From positions 3,105 through 67,104 of the forward strand of contig CAZEWH010000004.1 in assembly GCA_964515785.1 (NCBI GenBank): a stretch of DNA of 64,000 bases, in the 5' to 3' direction. This DNA comes from an uncultured Gammaproteobacteria bacterium. GTDB taxonomy: Bacteria > Patescibacteriota > Patescibacteriia > UBA1558 > GWA2-36-10. How positions within the stretch are numbered: the first letter of the stretch is position 1; each line of letters starts with the position of its first letter. A model generated the notes under the pieces. The model was not told the DNA's origin and made no database searches. It saw nothing but the letters and a program-made list of their open reading frames with translations. Made by a program: the position numbers and the translations under genes. Positions 9,520 through 18,111 of the stretch are shown here, piece after piece.

Positions 9520-10833
9520 TTACGCTTTTTCTTCGTTTGTTTGTTTTATAATTTCTTTTTCAAAAAGAATAGCACCAAGGACTGTCACCAAAATCACAGC
9601 CAACAAAGCCGCAGCAGCCATAGTCTGATCAAGTGCATGGTTAGCTAGAGCTACTGCTACAAACACTAGACCAACTTCACCACGAATAGCCATCGCAAAA
9701 CCAACCAGCTTGCCGTCTTGTTTTTTCTTGAATAAATATTTCACAATATACTTAGTAATAAAACCAAGGATAGTAAAAATAATAGCCCACATCCAAACTT
9801 TGAAATCTATTAGAGCTGCTCGTGGCAACATAGTACCTATACTTACCAAAAAACCACCCACAAAAATATGCATATAACCTTCGATCTTTTCCCAAGCACT
9901 GTGTTTGATTTCATTATCGACTTTGGACAATACTACACCTATTCCAAAAGCTCCTAGCACTGGCTCAAGTCCTAAGACAGCAGCTAAAGAAGCACCAAGC
10001 ATCAACATTCCAAAAAAGAAACGGGTAAAAATACCAGTACTATTGTTTTGATAATTTTTATTTAAATATTTTACAATCTTATCAGCAATACCCATGTTCC
10101 ACAAAGCATAAGTAGCAACTAGAAATACTACTACACCAATAGCTAGAGCTACAAAAGGATTCAAACCTGTTTGCTCAACAGCGTGTTCTGCACCAGCAGT
10201 ACTAGAAACCTTGGCTAAAACAGTCAAAATCACAACACCTAATATATCATCTATTACAGCCGCTCCAACTATCTTGTTGCCCAGAGAAGTTTCTAGTTTA
10301 CCAGCTCGCTTAAGGGCTTCAACTGACAAACCAACTGAAGTAGCAGTAAAAATACCACCCAAGAATATAGCTGGAATCAAACCAATATCCAAAACATAAT
10401 AACCCAAGGCTGTAAAAGCAAGTAAGGGTACCAGCACGCCACCAAAAGCTACAGCTGTAGCAATACCAATATTCTTTTTGAGTAAGTCCATATCAAAATG
10501 TAGACCAGCTTCAAACAAAATAAAGAGTACACCCGCCAATCTAGCCAACTCTACTCCTGAAGAATAAGGATCAAGCACGCCCAACAAAGCCGGACCAGCA
10601 ATAATACCCATAATAATCTTACCGGCCATAGGAGCAATCTTGATAGCTTTGGCTAGACGACCACCAAAAGAGGCAAAGAGAGCTAAAAAGGCAATATCAA
10701 TCAACATTGGCAAATAATGACTGACTTCATGATGATGGCTAGTCATCAACTTACCACGTACAAAATATAAAATCACCGATATCACGGCGACCTCTACGAT
10801 AAAGAAAATTAATCCTTTAATTTTTTTGTTCAT
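9520..10833 (-). CDS. Monovalent cation:proton antiporter (CPA2 / Kef-NapA-type Na+(K+)/H+ exchanger)
   Basis: 437 aa, 11-13 TM, CPA-family sequence style. Confidence 0.8.
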   Translation of the reverse strand: MNKKIKGLIFFIVEVAVISVILYFVRGKLMTSHHHEVSHYLPMLIDIAFLALFASFGGRLAKAIKIAPMAGKIIMGIIAGPALLGVLDPYSSGVELARLAGVLFILFEAGLHFDMDLLKKNIGIATAVAFGGVLVPLLAFTALGYYVLDIGLIPAIFLGGIFTATSVGLSVEALKRAGKLETSLGNKIVGAAVIDDILGVVILTVLAKVSSTAGAEHAVEQTGLNPFVALAIGVVVFLVATYALWNMGIADKIVKYLNKNYQNNSTGIFTRFFFGMLMLGASLAAVLGLEPVLGAFGIGVVLSKVDNEIKHSAWEKIEGYMHIFVGGFLVSIGTMLPRAALIDFKVWMWAIIFTILGFITKYIVKYLFKKKQDGKLVGFAMAIRGEVGLVFVAVALANHALDQTMAAAALLAVILVTVLGAILFEKEIIKQTNEEKA

Positions 10834-10860
10834 AGCTTTTTGTTTTTTAAAAAATAGTTA

Positions 10861-11068
10861 TTTAATAAATAAACCCGCCTTCGCCACCCCGCTTCGCTAA
10901 AGCTATGCGGAGGCGAGAGGCTTCGGCGGGTGGTCACTAAAAAATAGTGACCAAAAAGCGACTCCAGTATACACTAGTCACAGAAAAAAATCAACCTGCC
11001 CGCCAAATGCCTGGCATGGCAGGCGGGGGGAACAAAAAACTCCCCAGTGTATACCAGGGAGGTAGATC
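10861..11068 (-). other. G+C-rich multi-hairpin intergenic element between the HNH gene and the antiporter gene; includes HNH terminator and REP-like motif
   Basis: Consecutive stems: CTCCC..GGGAG + T-run; CCTGCC..GGCAGG + T-run; GGTCACT..AGTGACC; ACCCGCC..GGCGGGT. Confidence 0.4.
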
Positions 11069-11103
11069 CACAAATGCCTGTCGTGGGTAAACTCGTTGTA
11101 CTG

Positions 11104-11439
11104 CTAGCTGGCTAAATCCAGCTGAATAGTAAATTGATTCATCAAGCGACTTATGACTTTGTCATCAGCTTCCTGTAAAAAACTAGTAGTAATGCGGAAA
11201 TAGCTGCGCAAAGACAATTTATGTCGACGCTTGCCTTCAGCTATGGCAATCATATCTTCCAACTCACAATGGCAGTCCCAACAAAGCTTAAGGCCAGGAC
11301 CATCTCCACCAAAATGCCGCTTAGGCAAGATATGATGATGAGTCAATTTTCTATACTCCTGACATTTTGGACACTTACCTCTCTTTCTATAATTTGAACC
11401 ATTACCATTATTACTACCATTGGCACTTCGTTTACCCAT
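11104..11439 (-). CDS. HNH endonuclease (small standalone, 111 aa)
   Basis: CPKCQ...HHHILPKRHFGG...CWDCHCELE = HNH fold with CxxC / HH-I-P-GG / CxxC; G+C-richer. Confidence 0.8.
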   Translation of the reverse strand: MGKRSANGSNNGNGSNYRKRGKCPKCQEYRKLTHHHILPKRHFGGDGPGLKLCWDCHCELEDMIAIAEGKRRHKLSLRSYFRITTSFLQEADDKVISRLMNQFTIQLDLAS

Positions 11440-11574
11440 TATCCCTCCTCACGTTGAATGTGGCATTTGTAAAGCAACGAACCTATCTATTTTTACTATA
11501 ACAAATTTTGCTAAGCTTGGCAAAAAATATGTAAATAAAAAACCGCCTCTTGTATTGCAAGAGACGGAAATGAT

Positions 11575-12543
11575 TTAGGGGCGACCCATAGATAGCCAGA
11601 TAGCCATCCATAAGAATTGCGGTACCCAATGAGACACAGAGAAATCATCCTGCCATTGCTCGGTATGGCTAAAAAATCCTGCCATATTGAGATCCAGAAA
11701 AACCCTAGCTGAAACATCACCTTTGTGAGCAGCCATGGCAATCGGCCAAAAATGCATAGCACGCCAACCAGCCTGATGACAAGTCTCTGCAGTGACATCT
11801 TGATACTCAATATCATCAAGTCTCAAGATTGCTGAATCTTGACGCTCCAGCAAAAAGTCAATCACTGTCAGTACAGATGGTAGATGAACAAAATCTCTTT
11901 CCTGGACCGGATGAGAACAGATGGATTCTCTAGATTCTTCGATGAAATCGTCGTACAGACCATAGAGAATACCCAATGATCCAGAACTTGGCTGACTCAT
12001 CAACAACAAACAATAAGTCAATAGCCAAGAATCATGCTGTCGAGAAAAGAAAATCTGCGGCTGATTGAAACTAACTTGCAACCAAGCAACTAAATGCTGC
12101 TCGACCAAGTCATGTAAAGCTTCTAGGTGCGGCTGTGGCCCATAACCCTTACGCTTTAATAACTCATTGCTCAACAAGAGCCACCAAGCCTGACCATAGG
12201 GCATTTCCCAATGAGGATTGTCCTCTAGCCAATGAATCTCAGCTACAGTGTCACCAGGCCGCAAACGAGCCAACATTTGATAACGCAAGTTAGTATCATC
12301 AGTCACTCGCGCCATACAATGCAAAGCCCAATGAGCATGCACTGCAGAGTGCCAATCATAGCAACCAGCAAATACACCGGTAGCTCCGTGCCCTAGACCA
12401 CAGTGTGGCTGGTGAGTAATAATGCTTTTGAGCATGATTGCTCTGAGTTTTTCGATCTGTTCAGTTTTCTGTCCACCCAAAATAGCGACCTCGGCCATAT
12501 CCCCCTCCTTGATGGTTTTGTGAAATGTACAGTGATTATTCAA
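11575..12543 (-). CDS. Hypothetical protein, possibly DUF2891-like (G+C about 50% by eye)
   Basis: 322 aa; motif GCYDWHSAVHAHWAL; family assignment is from memory only. Confidence 0.5.
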   Translation of the reverse strand: MNNHCTFHKTIKEGDMAEVAILGGQKTEQIEKLRAIMLKSIITHQPHCGLGHGATGVFAGCYDWHSAVHAHWALHCMARVTDDTNLRYQMLARLRPGDTVAEIHWLEDNPHWEMPYGQAWWLLLSNELLKRKGYGPQPHLEALHDLVEQHLVAWLQVSFNQPQIFFSRQHDSWLLTYCLLLMSQPSSGSLGILYGLYDDFIEESRESICSHPVQERDFVHLPSVLTVIDFLLERQDSAILRLDDIEYQDVTAETCHQAGWRAMHFWPIAMAAHKGDVSARVFLDLNMAGFFSHTEQWQDDFSVSHWVPQFLWMAIWLSMGRP

Positions 12544-12605
12544 AAATTATCATAAGCTAAATCTTTGGTCAATACAAAAATCTCACTATAAGTGAGATTT
12601 TCAAT

Positions 12606-12953
12606 TTATTTCTTCTTTAATTCTTTAATAGATCGCTTGAGGCTTTTTATTTCTTTGAGTATTTCTTCAGCCAGCTCTGCCGAACGCAGATCAGCCTGTA
12701 GATCTGCCTCATCACGTATATCATCACGCATATTTTGTTTATTTTGAGCCATCAATAATAATACCATCAAAATAATAGCCTCTAATGAAACAATCATAGT
12801 CAGTGCATTGACATCTATATCAAAAGCCAACCAAATCCAAAACCAAATTACATGAACAATCAAAAACAACCAAGATCCTACTAGATTATTCATGGAGTCA
12901 ATAAATTGGAATTTTCTTAATTTTTGCAAAGCTAATAATTTTTTTCTAGGCAT
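12606..12953 (-). CDS. DUF1003 family small membrane protein
   Basis: VGSWLFLIV...W...LMAQNKQN...DLQADLRSAELAEEILKEI matches the DUF1003 pattern (VGSW..F...LMSQNRQ...D...N..AE.EI). Confidence 0.65.
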   Translation of the reverse strand: MPRKKLLALQKLRKFQFIDSMNNLVGSWLFLIVHVIWFWIWLAFDIDVNALTMIVSLEAIILMVLLLMAQNKQNMRDDIRDEADLQADLRSAELAEEILKEIKSLKRSIKELKKK

Positions 12954-12972
12954 ATCTATATAATACTATATA

Positions 12973-13001
12973 TTGACAAAAAAATAAATATATATTAGAT
13001 T
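12973..13001 (+). promoter_or_regulatory. Sigma70-like promoter TTGACA-17-TAGATT
   Basis: Consensus -35, 17-nt spacer; followed by SD CAGGAAGGA. Confidence 0.5.
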
Positions 13002-13038
13002 AATTAATCGTTTTGTACTTTTTCAGGAAGGATCCAAA

Positions 13039-13413
13039 ATGCCAAAAAAACAAAGACTTATCAAAATCTTTGTTTGGCCATCGATCTGGTTAACTTTACT
13101 ATGGTTTGCCTATCTAGGCATACCCAAGACAGATACCTACAAAAATATTGTAGGTCATTGTAAACAATATGAATCATGTCCAAACTGTACTGACAGTTTT
13201 TACTGGAAAGAGTATGGTTTTCTTTTCTCTGTCACTGCAACTGGCTATCACAAAGTAAATCTATGTAACGAATGTCTACAAGACATTCCCAAACTAGATG
13301 CTGATAAAATTGAACAACGATTGTTGTTCCAAAACTATAGCGAACGCAAAGCTCTCCTAGCCAAAATTACTGTCCTTTTAAACCAACTACCACCTCCGCC
13401 AGACTCTCAATAA
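13039..13413 (+). CDS. Hypothetical 124-aa protein (N-terminal TM; Cys-containing CPNCTD/CNEC)
   Basis: ORF with promoter and SD. Confidence 0.55.
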   Translation: MPKKQRLIKIFVWPSIWLTLLWFAYLGIPKTDTYKNIVGHCKQYESCPNCTDSFYWKEYGFLFSVTATGYHKVNLCNECLQDIPKLDADKIEQRLLFQNYSERKALLAKITVLLNQLPPPPDSQ

Positions 13414-13439
13414 AATTTATTGGGAGTTTTTATTTAGAA

Positions 13440-13468
13440 TTGACAAATATATACATTTATACTAATAT
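13440..13468 (+). promoter_or_regulatory. Sigma70 promoter TTGACA-17-TAATAT upstream of ridA-like gene
   Basis: Perfect -35, 17-nt spacer, TAnnnT -10; SD AAAGGAG. Confidence 0.6.
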
Positions 13469-13521
13469 CTCTTGATGGTTCAAAAACCATTATTGTCCCT
13501 TTTCTACCAAAGGAGTTCTTC

Positions 13522-13917
13522 ATGAGCAAAGACACTCGCAAACTGCCGCCGGCCTTACAAGCACATCCCCTGGCCCACATCTTTTCGGCAGCTCTCGATC
13601 TGGGTGAGATCGCTATCACCTCGGGTACTCTACCGGATATCGCCGATGGTCAGCCCAAAAGCAGCGACTTCCGTGAACAAGCCGAACAAGCCTTTCGCAA
13701 CATGCTCAATGTCTTGGCTGCTTGCGGTCAAAACGAACACAATCTAGCCTTTGTAGTCATCATGTTGGCCTGCGATATCGATTCACATTACGGACCGCTC
13801 AACGAAGTTTGGGGCGAAATCATGGGTGAAACCAATCCCAAGCCCTGTCGAGCCGCTTTCCAGGTGGTCAAGCTACCTCTCGGTGCTATGATCGAAGTGA
13901 TTGGTATTACTCGCTAG
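13522..13917 (+). CDS. RidA/YjgF/TdcF family protein (reactive intermediate deaminase-like)
   Basis: C-terminal RAAFQVVKLPLGAMIEV signature of the YjgF family. Confidence 0.85.
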   Translation: MSKDTRKLPPALQAHPLAHIFSAALDLGEIAITSGTLPDIADGQPKSSDFREQAEQAFRNMLNVLAACGQNEHNLAFVVIMLACDIDSHYGPLNEVWGEIMGETNPKPCRAAFQVVKLPLGAMIEVIGITR

Positions 13918-13924
13918 ATCTATA

Positions 13925-13957
13925 CCCCCCCCTTAATATTTAAGGGGGATTTTTTTA
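13925..13957 (+). terminator. Intrinsic terminator CCCCCTTAA-tat-TTAAGGGGG + T7
   Basis: G/C palindrome followed by a T-run. Confidence 0.75.
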
Positions 13958-14003
13958 ATCAAAAAACCCGTCTTTTGACGGGGATTAATATTTTTAAAAA
14001 AAT

Positions 14004-14210
14004 TTATTTTCTGCCTAGCTTATTTAAAACAAAAATAATATAAACACTAGCTAGACCAACTAAAGTATAAAGCACTCTAGTAAAGGCTGAATTTTCTCCG
14101 AATAAAATAGCTAATAAATCAAAATCAAACAAACCAACTAAACCCCAATTGAGACCGCCAATAATCAATAAAATAATAGCTATCCAATTTAAACCGCTTA
14201 GTTTATTCAT
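14004..14210 (-). CDS. DUF378 family small membrane protein
   Basis: 68 aa, GGLNWGLVGLF motif. Confidence 0.75.
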   Translation of the reverse strand: MNKLSGLNWIAIILLIIGGLNWGLVGLFDFDLLAILFGENSAFTRVLYTLVGLASVYIIFVLNKLGRK

Positions 14211-14213
14211 ATA

Positions 14214-14303
14214 CTATTTATTCTTAAATCTGTTACGACGTTTTAGCTTTTTACGACGACGTCTTTTGACAGATAATCTTTTGTTCTTTAATTTTGTTCC
14301 CAT
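14214..14303 (-). CDS. Tiny highly basic 29-aa ORF (MGTKLKNKRLSVKRRRRKKLKRRNRFKNK) immediately upstream of DUF378 gene; coding status uncertain
   Basis: ATG..TAG, stop 3 nt before the DUF378 ATG; lies between the promoter and DUF378. Confidence 0.25.
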   Translation of the reverse strand: MGTKLKNKRLSVKRRRRKKLKRRNRFKNK

Positions 14304-14326
14304 TTATATATTATTTTTACCGTGAT

Positions 14327-14355
14327 AATGTATCAAATATCAGACTTTTTGTCAA
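14327..14355 (-). promoter_or_regulatory. Sigma70 promoter (minus) TTGACA-17-TACATT
   Basis: Reverse complement of 14327-14355. Confidence 0.45.
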
Positions 14356-14364
14356 TAATGAAGG

Positions 14365-14441
14365 TGGTCGTCCTGCCGGGACTTGAACCCGGGACCCCCA
14401 CTTTATAAGAGTGGTGCTCTAACCGACTGAGCTACAGGACG
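14365..14441 (-). tRNA. tRNA with anticodon UAU (tRNA-Ile reading AUA), CCA encoded
   Basis: Cloverleaf: acceptor CGTCCTG/CAGGACG, U8 A9, D-stem GCTC/GAGC, anticodon stem CCACT/AGTGG with loop CTTATAA (U33, anticodon TAT, A37), variable GGGTC, T-stem CCGGG/CCCGG with loop TTCAAGT, discriminator A, CCA. Confidence 0.8.
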
Positions 14442-14475
14442 AAACATAGATATTATAGAGCAAGTTGCAAATTTT

Positions 14476-14520
14476 GTGAACCCGTCTCGCCGTAGCGTAG
14501 CCGAGGCGGAGCAACTAAGC
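14476..14520. repeat. REP-like G+C-rich motif (GCCGTAGCGTAGCCGAGGCGGAGC), reverse-orientation copy of the family seen near 1125, 10888 and 31684
   Basis: Shares the GGCTACGG / CGCTTAG cores with the other copies. Confidence 0.35.
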
Positions 14521-15630
14521 GCTATTTATTATATTTAATTTATCCTGTATTTTACGACTAATTAGCTCACGAGTTCTTTCTAGGTCTTTATCAATCACTA
14601 ATTTACAAAATTGACGATCACCACTAGCTCCTAGTTCACTGGTTAATTCCAGACAATTAATATTACTAATACTATAAAACCAAATTTCTGTTTGATTGAC
14701 TTCTAATTGGTACAAGATCATAGCCACCTGTCCTCCAGGCGTTGCCAAGATCAAATCTTTGACCATTTCTTGGAGATCTTGTGGTAGCTTATCTGTTTCG
14801 TCATATTGCAAATGAGAAATAAGTAAATTACCTGATTTTTGTAAACGAGACAAGACTTTACCCCAATTTTTCAAAGTATCAATATCTTTGGTGCGATACA
14901 AACATTCGATAATCTTGGCTCTATCTGCGCCTTTGATAATCAACTGACTAGCTAAACTCAAAGCATCGGGAGTAACTTGCGGAGATTGAAAACTATTGGT
15001 CGCTGAGATCATACCAGCTAGTAAACAAGTGGCCATATCTTTATCTAGATATTTCTGTAAAGCATGATAAGAAATCTCTGCTAAAGATGTAGAGGCAGTT
15101 TCAACAATGTTGACTTCACCAAAATTTTCATTGACTACTGAACGATCAATATTGATAAGAGGCACTTGATGAAAAAAATGACGGTGTTCTGAAAACACTC
15201 GTCCTAATGACTCTAAACTATGAGCTCCCAAAGAAATAACTAAATCATACTTATACTCTCCTCTTTCAGTTTTGACATCTTTAGATTCAAAAACACCATC
15301 TTCAGGAATAATATTAATTTCTAATTTATCATTTTTAACATCATAGCTAAGTTGTTTGACACTGGTTTGAGAAGTGTCCAAAACAATTTTAAATTTATTC
15401 AAATTACTTAAATCGTTTTTAAAATCAATTTTATTTGGTAAAAATTTTAGTTTAGAAATTTGACCATCAAAAATCACATCAACTTGTTTTGACTGCATTT
15501 GTAAAAAAACCCACCAGGCAGCTGCACTAGAGAGAATATCAATACTGGGATTTTGCGCTCCAGTCAACAAAATCCTATTACTAGAGTTCAAAATCTTACT
15601 TAATTGTTTGTTTGGTAACTCCATAAACAA
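14515..15630 (-). CDS. DHH/DHHA1-family paralog with degenerate catalytic motifs (likely inactive NrnA-like protein)
   Basis: Alignable to the 19967-20932 NrnA-like protein (LLTGAQNPSIDILSSAAAWW vs LIAHQNPDGDCLGSALAMY; MATCLLAGMISATNSFQSP vs ATALACGMITDTGGFKNP), but DxD, DHH (DRS here) and GGGH (GASGDRQ) are all lost. Confidence 0.7.
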   Translation of the reverse strand: MFMELPNKQLSKILNSSNRILLTGAQNPSIDILSSAAAWWVFLQMQSKQVDVIFDGQISKLKFLPNKIDFKNDLSNLNKFKIVLDTSQTSVKQLSYDVKNDKLEINIIPEDGVFESKDVKTERGEYKYDLVISLGAHSLESLGRVFSEHRHFFHQVPLINIDRSVVNENFGEVNIVETASTSLAEISYHALQKYLDKDMATCLLAGMISATNSFQSPQVTPDALSLASQLIIKGADRAKIIECLYRTKDIDTLKNWGKVLSRLQKSGNLLISHLQYDETDKLPQDLQEMVKDLILATPGGQVAMILYQLEVNQTEIWFYSISNINCLELTSELGASGDRQFCKLVIDKDLERTRELISRKIQDKLNIINSA

Positions 15631-15719
15631 TATCAGATAACTATATAATCTATATTATTTAAGCTTTTTTGTCAATCTTTGAAGAGATCACTACCAATAT
15701 AAAAATTATACCATAATCA

Positions 15720-15748
15720 TTGACTTTTTTTATAAAATCTAGTAAAGT
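15720..15748 (+). promoter_or_regulatory. Promoter TTGACT-17-TAAAGT upstream of infB
   Basis: -35/-10 spacing 17. Confidence 0.4.
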
Positions 15749-15772
15749 TAGGACAAATTTACAGACAAAATT

Positions 15773-17737
15773 ATGAATGTTACAGCTTTAGCTAGACAAT
15801 TGAAAGTTACTACAGCCGAGTTACTGGAACAATTACCAGGGCTTGGTTTTGATATTGGTGCTAGGGCTATCAAAGTAGATGATAAATTGGTCCCAAAAAT
15901 AGTCTCTGCTTGGAAAAAATCACAAAAAAAAGCTGCCTTTAAAAAAGATTTAGAATCAGTTACTGAAATCCGTGATGATCAACCAAAGACCAAAGAACTA
16001 GACAAAGAAATTGCTATTTCAGAAACTATCATTGTCAAAGATATGGCTGAAATGATGGATCTGCCGGTAGCCCGTCTAATGGCTGAACTTATGAAAAATG
16101 GCATTATGGTCTCACTCAATGAAAAAATAGATTTTGACACTGCTACTATTATTGGAGAAGATCTAGGTTTTAAAGTCACCAGATCAGATACCGAAGCAGC
16201 TGAAGAAATGAGCAAACGTGAACATCTAGAATCTTTACTCAAAAAACGTCCTGGCAAAGATACTAAGCCGCCAGTAGTTGTAGTCATGGGCCATGTTGAT
16301 CATGGTAAAACAAAATTACTTGATGCTGTCAGAGCTACAAATGTAGTAGATCAAGAAGCTGGTGGTATTACTCAGCATATTGGTGCTTATCAAGTAAAGG
16401 CTCATGATAGATTAATTACTTTTTTGGATACTCCTGGTCATGAAGCTTTCAAAGCTATGCGTTCTCGCGGTGGTCAAATCGCTGATGTAGCTATCTTGGT
16501 AGTAGCAGCTGACGACGGCTTACAACCACAAACTCTAGAGAGTATCTCAGTTATCCAAAAAGAAAAATTACCTTTTGTAGTAGCTATAAACAAAATCGAC
16601 AAAGAAAACGCTGATATAGAAAAAGTCAAAAAAGATTTGTCTGAAATCAATCTACTCCCAGAAGACTGGGGTGGAAAAACTATTTGCCAAGAAATCTCTG
16701 CCAAGTTTAATAAAAATATTACAGAATTACTAGACACTATTTTATTGGTAGCTGATATGGAAGATCTTAAAGCAGATAGTGAAGGCTTAGCTGTTGGTAC
16801 TATTATTGAATCACATGTAGATAAAAGCGAAGGTCCAGTAGCTACAGTATTGGTACAGGCTGGTACTTTAGATATTAGCGATATGTTTGTAGTTGGAGAT
16901 GTGCCAGGTAAAATAAAAATCTTACGAGATTGGAAAGGTAATGATGTCAAAGCTGCTGGCCCTGCTACTCCTATCAAAATCTTAGGTCTAAAACAATTAC
17001 CAAAAGTTGGAGAAATTTTGGAAGAAATCAGTGATAAAAAAGAATTTAAAGCTAAACTAAAAGACGCTAAAGCTAAAATAACATCTGCTAGACCAAGTGC
17101 TAATAAAAATGGAAACGATGAAGAAGAAGATGAAATTAAAACTCTAAACCTGATAATCAAATCAGATGTCATGGGCTCAGCTGAGGCCATCGAAGAATCT
17201 TTAGCTCAACTAAATACTGAAGATATAAAAATAAAAATACTCAAAAAAGGCCTGGGACAAATCACTGAAACTGATATCCTCAATGCTGAAGCCACTGGAG
17301 CAATAGTAATTGGTTTTCATATCAAAGAAAATAAAAACATGCAATTATTAGCTGACGAAAAACAAGTTATATTATTACATTTTGATATTATTTATAAACT
17401 ACTTGAAGATATAGAAGAAAGATTGAAAATTGCCAAAGGCAAAAAAACTATTCATAAATTAGTCGGTAAACTGAAAGTTTTGGCTGTTTTCAAAACTACT
17501 AAAGGCGGCATGATTTTTGGCGGTAAGGTTATAGAAGGCAAAGCTACTAAAACTTCAAAAATCAAAGTCTTGAAAAATGATGAAGTCGAAACTATCGGTG
17601 AAATGATAAATCTTCAAGCAGCCAAAGAAGATGTGGCTGAAGTAGTCGAAGGTCAAGAAGCTGGTATAGAGTACAAAGGCGAACCTATTATTGAAGCTGG
17701 CGATACCTTAGAGTTTTTTGAAGAAACTTATGAGTAA
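15773..17737 (+). CDS. infB: Translation initiation factor IF-2
   Basis: G-domain VVVVMGHVDHGKTKLLD...DTPGHEAF...NKID and C-terminal domains; 654 aa. Confidence 0.95.
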   Translation: MNVTALARQLKVTTAELLEQLPGLGFDIGARAIKVDDKLVPKIVSAWKKSQKKAAFKKDLESVTEIRDDQPKTKELDKEIAISETIIVKDMAEMMDLPVARLMAELMKNGIMVSLNEKIDFDTATIIGEDLGFKVTRSDTEAAEEMSKREHLESLLKKRPGKDTKPPVVVVMGHVDHGKTKLLDAVRATNVVDQEAGGITQHIGAYQVKAHDRLITFLDTPGHEAFKAMRSRGGQIADVAILVVAADDGLQPQTLESISVIQKEKLPFVVAINKIDKENADIEKVKKDLSEINLLPEDWGGKTICQEISAKFNKNITELLDTILLVADMEDLKADSEGLAVGTIIESHVDKSEGPVATVLVQAGTLDISDMFVVGDVPGKIKILRDWKGNDVKAAGPATPIKILGLKQLPKVGEILEEISDKKEFKAKLKDAKAKITSARPSANKNGNDEEEDEIKTLNLIIKSDVMGSAEAIEESLAQLNTEDIKIKILKKGLGQITETDILNAEATGAIVIGFHIKENKNMQLLADEKQVILLHFDIIYKLLEDIEERLKIAKGKKTIHKLVGKLKVLAVFKTTKGGMIFGGKVIEGKATKTSKIKVLKNDEVETIGEMINLQAAKEDVAEVVEGQEAGIEYKGEPIIEAGDTLEFFEETYE

Positions 17738-18056
17738 ACGAACAGAACAGGTAGCTGAATTATTACGTCTAGAAACCAACAATATTTTGGTCAGAGATTT
17801 TGAACCACCACAGGGTTGTCTAGTCTCTGTCACACGTATTACTATCTCCCCTGATCTTAAAAATGCTACAGCTTATCTGAGTGTCATTCCTGACAATAAG
17901 CTCGGCAGCGCTTTATCAGCAGTCAAAAAATTTAATGGACATATTGAAAGAGAACTCAATAAAAAAATCGTCACTAAGATAGTCCCTCGACTACATTGGC
18001 AGATAGACGATACTGATCTCAAATACAAAGCAATAGATGAAGCTTTAAACAATTAA
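17718..18056 (+). CDS. rbfA: Ribosome-binding factor A
   Basis: 112 aa, classical infB-rbfA arrangement. Confidence 0.85.
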   Translation: MKKLMSKRTEQVAELLRLETNNILVRDFEPPQGCLVSVTRITISPDLKNATAYLSVIPDNKLGSALSAVKKFNGHIERELNKKIVTKIVPRLHWQIDDTDLKYKAIDEALNN

Positions 18057-18088
18057 AAAAGTCACTTATTAAAAAGTGACTTTTTATA
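18056..18088 (+). terminator. Intrinsic terminator AAAAGTCACTT-ATTAAAA-AGTGACTTTTT
   Basis: Perfect hairpin plus T-run. Confidence 0.8.
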
Positions 18089-18111
18089 AAAAATTAATTT
18101 AAATTAAAAAT

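Noticed and set aside
11511-11819. 102-aa track ORF overlapping the 3' part of the 11575-12543 gene
   Set aside because: It lies in an alternative frame of a longer, better-supported ORF, so it is likely spurious.
15979-17190. Antisense track ORFs inside infB (15979-16287, 16474-17190)
   Set aside because: They are fully embedded antisense to a highly conserved gene, and their proteins are low-complexity and Ser-rich.
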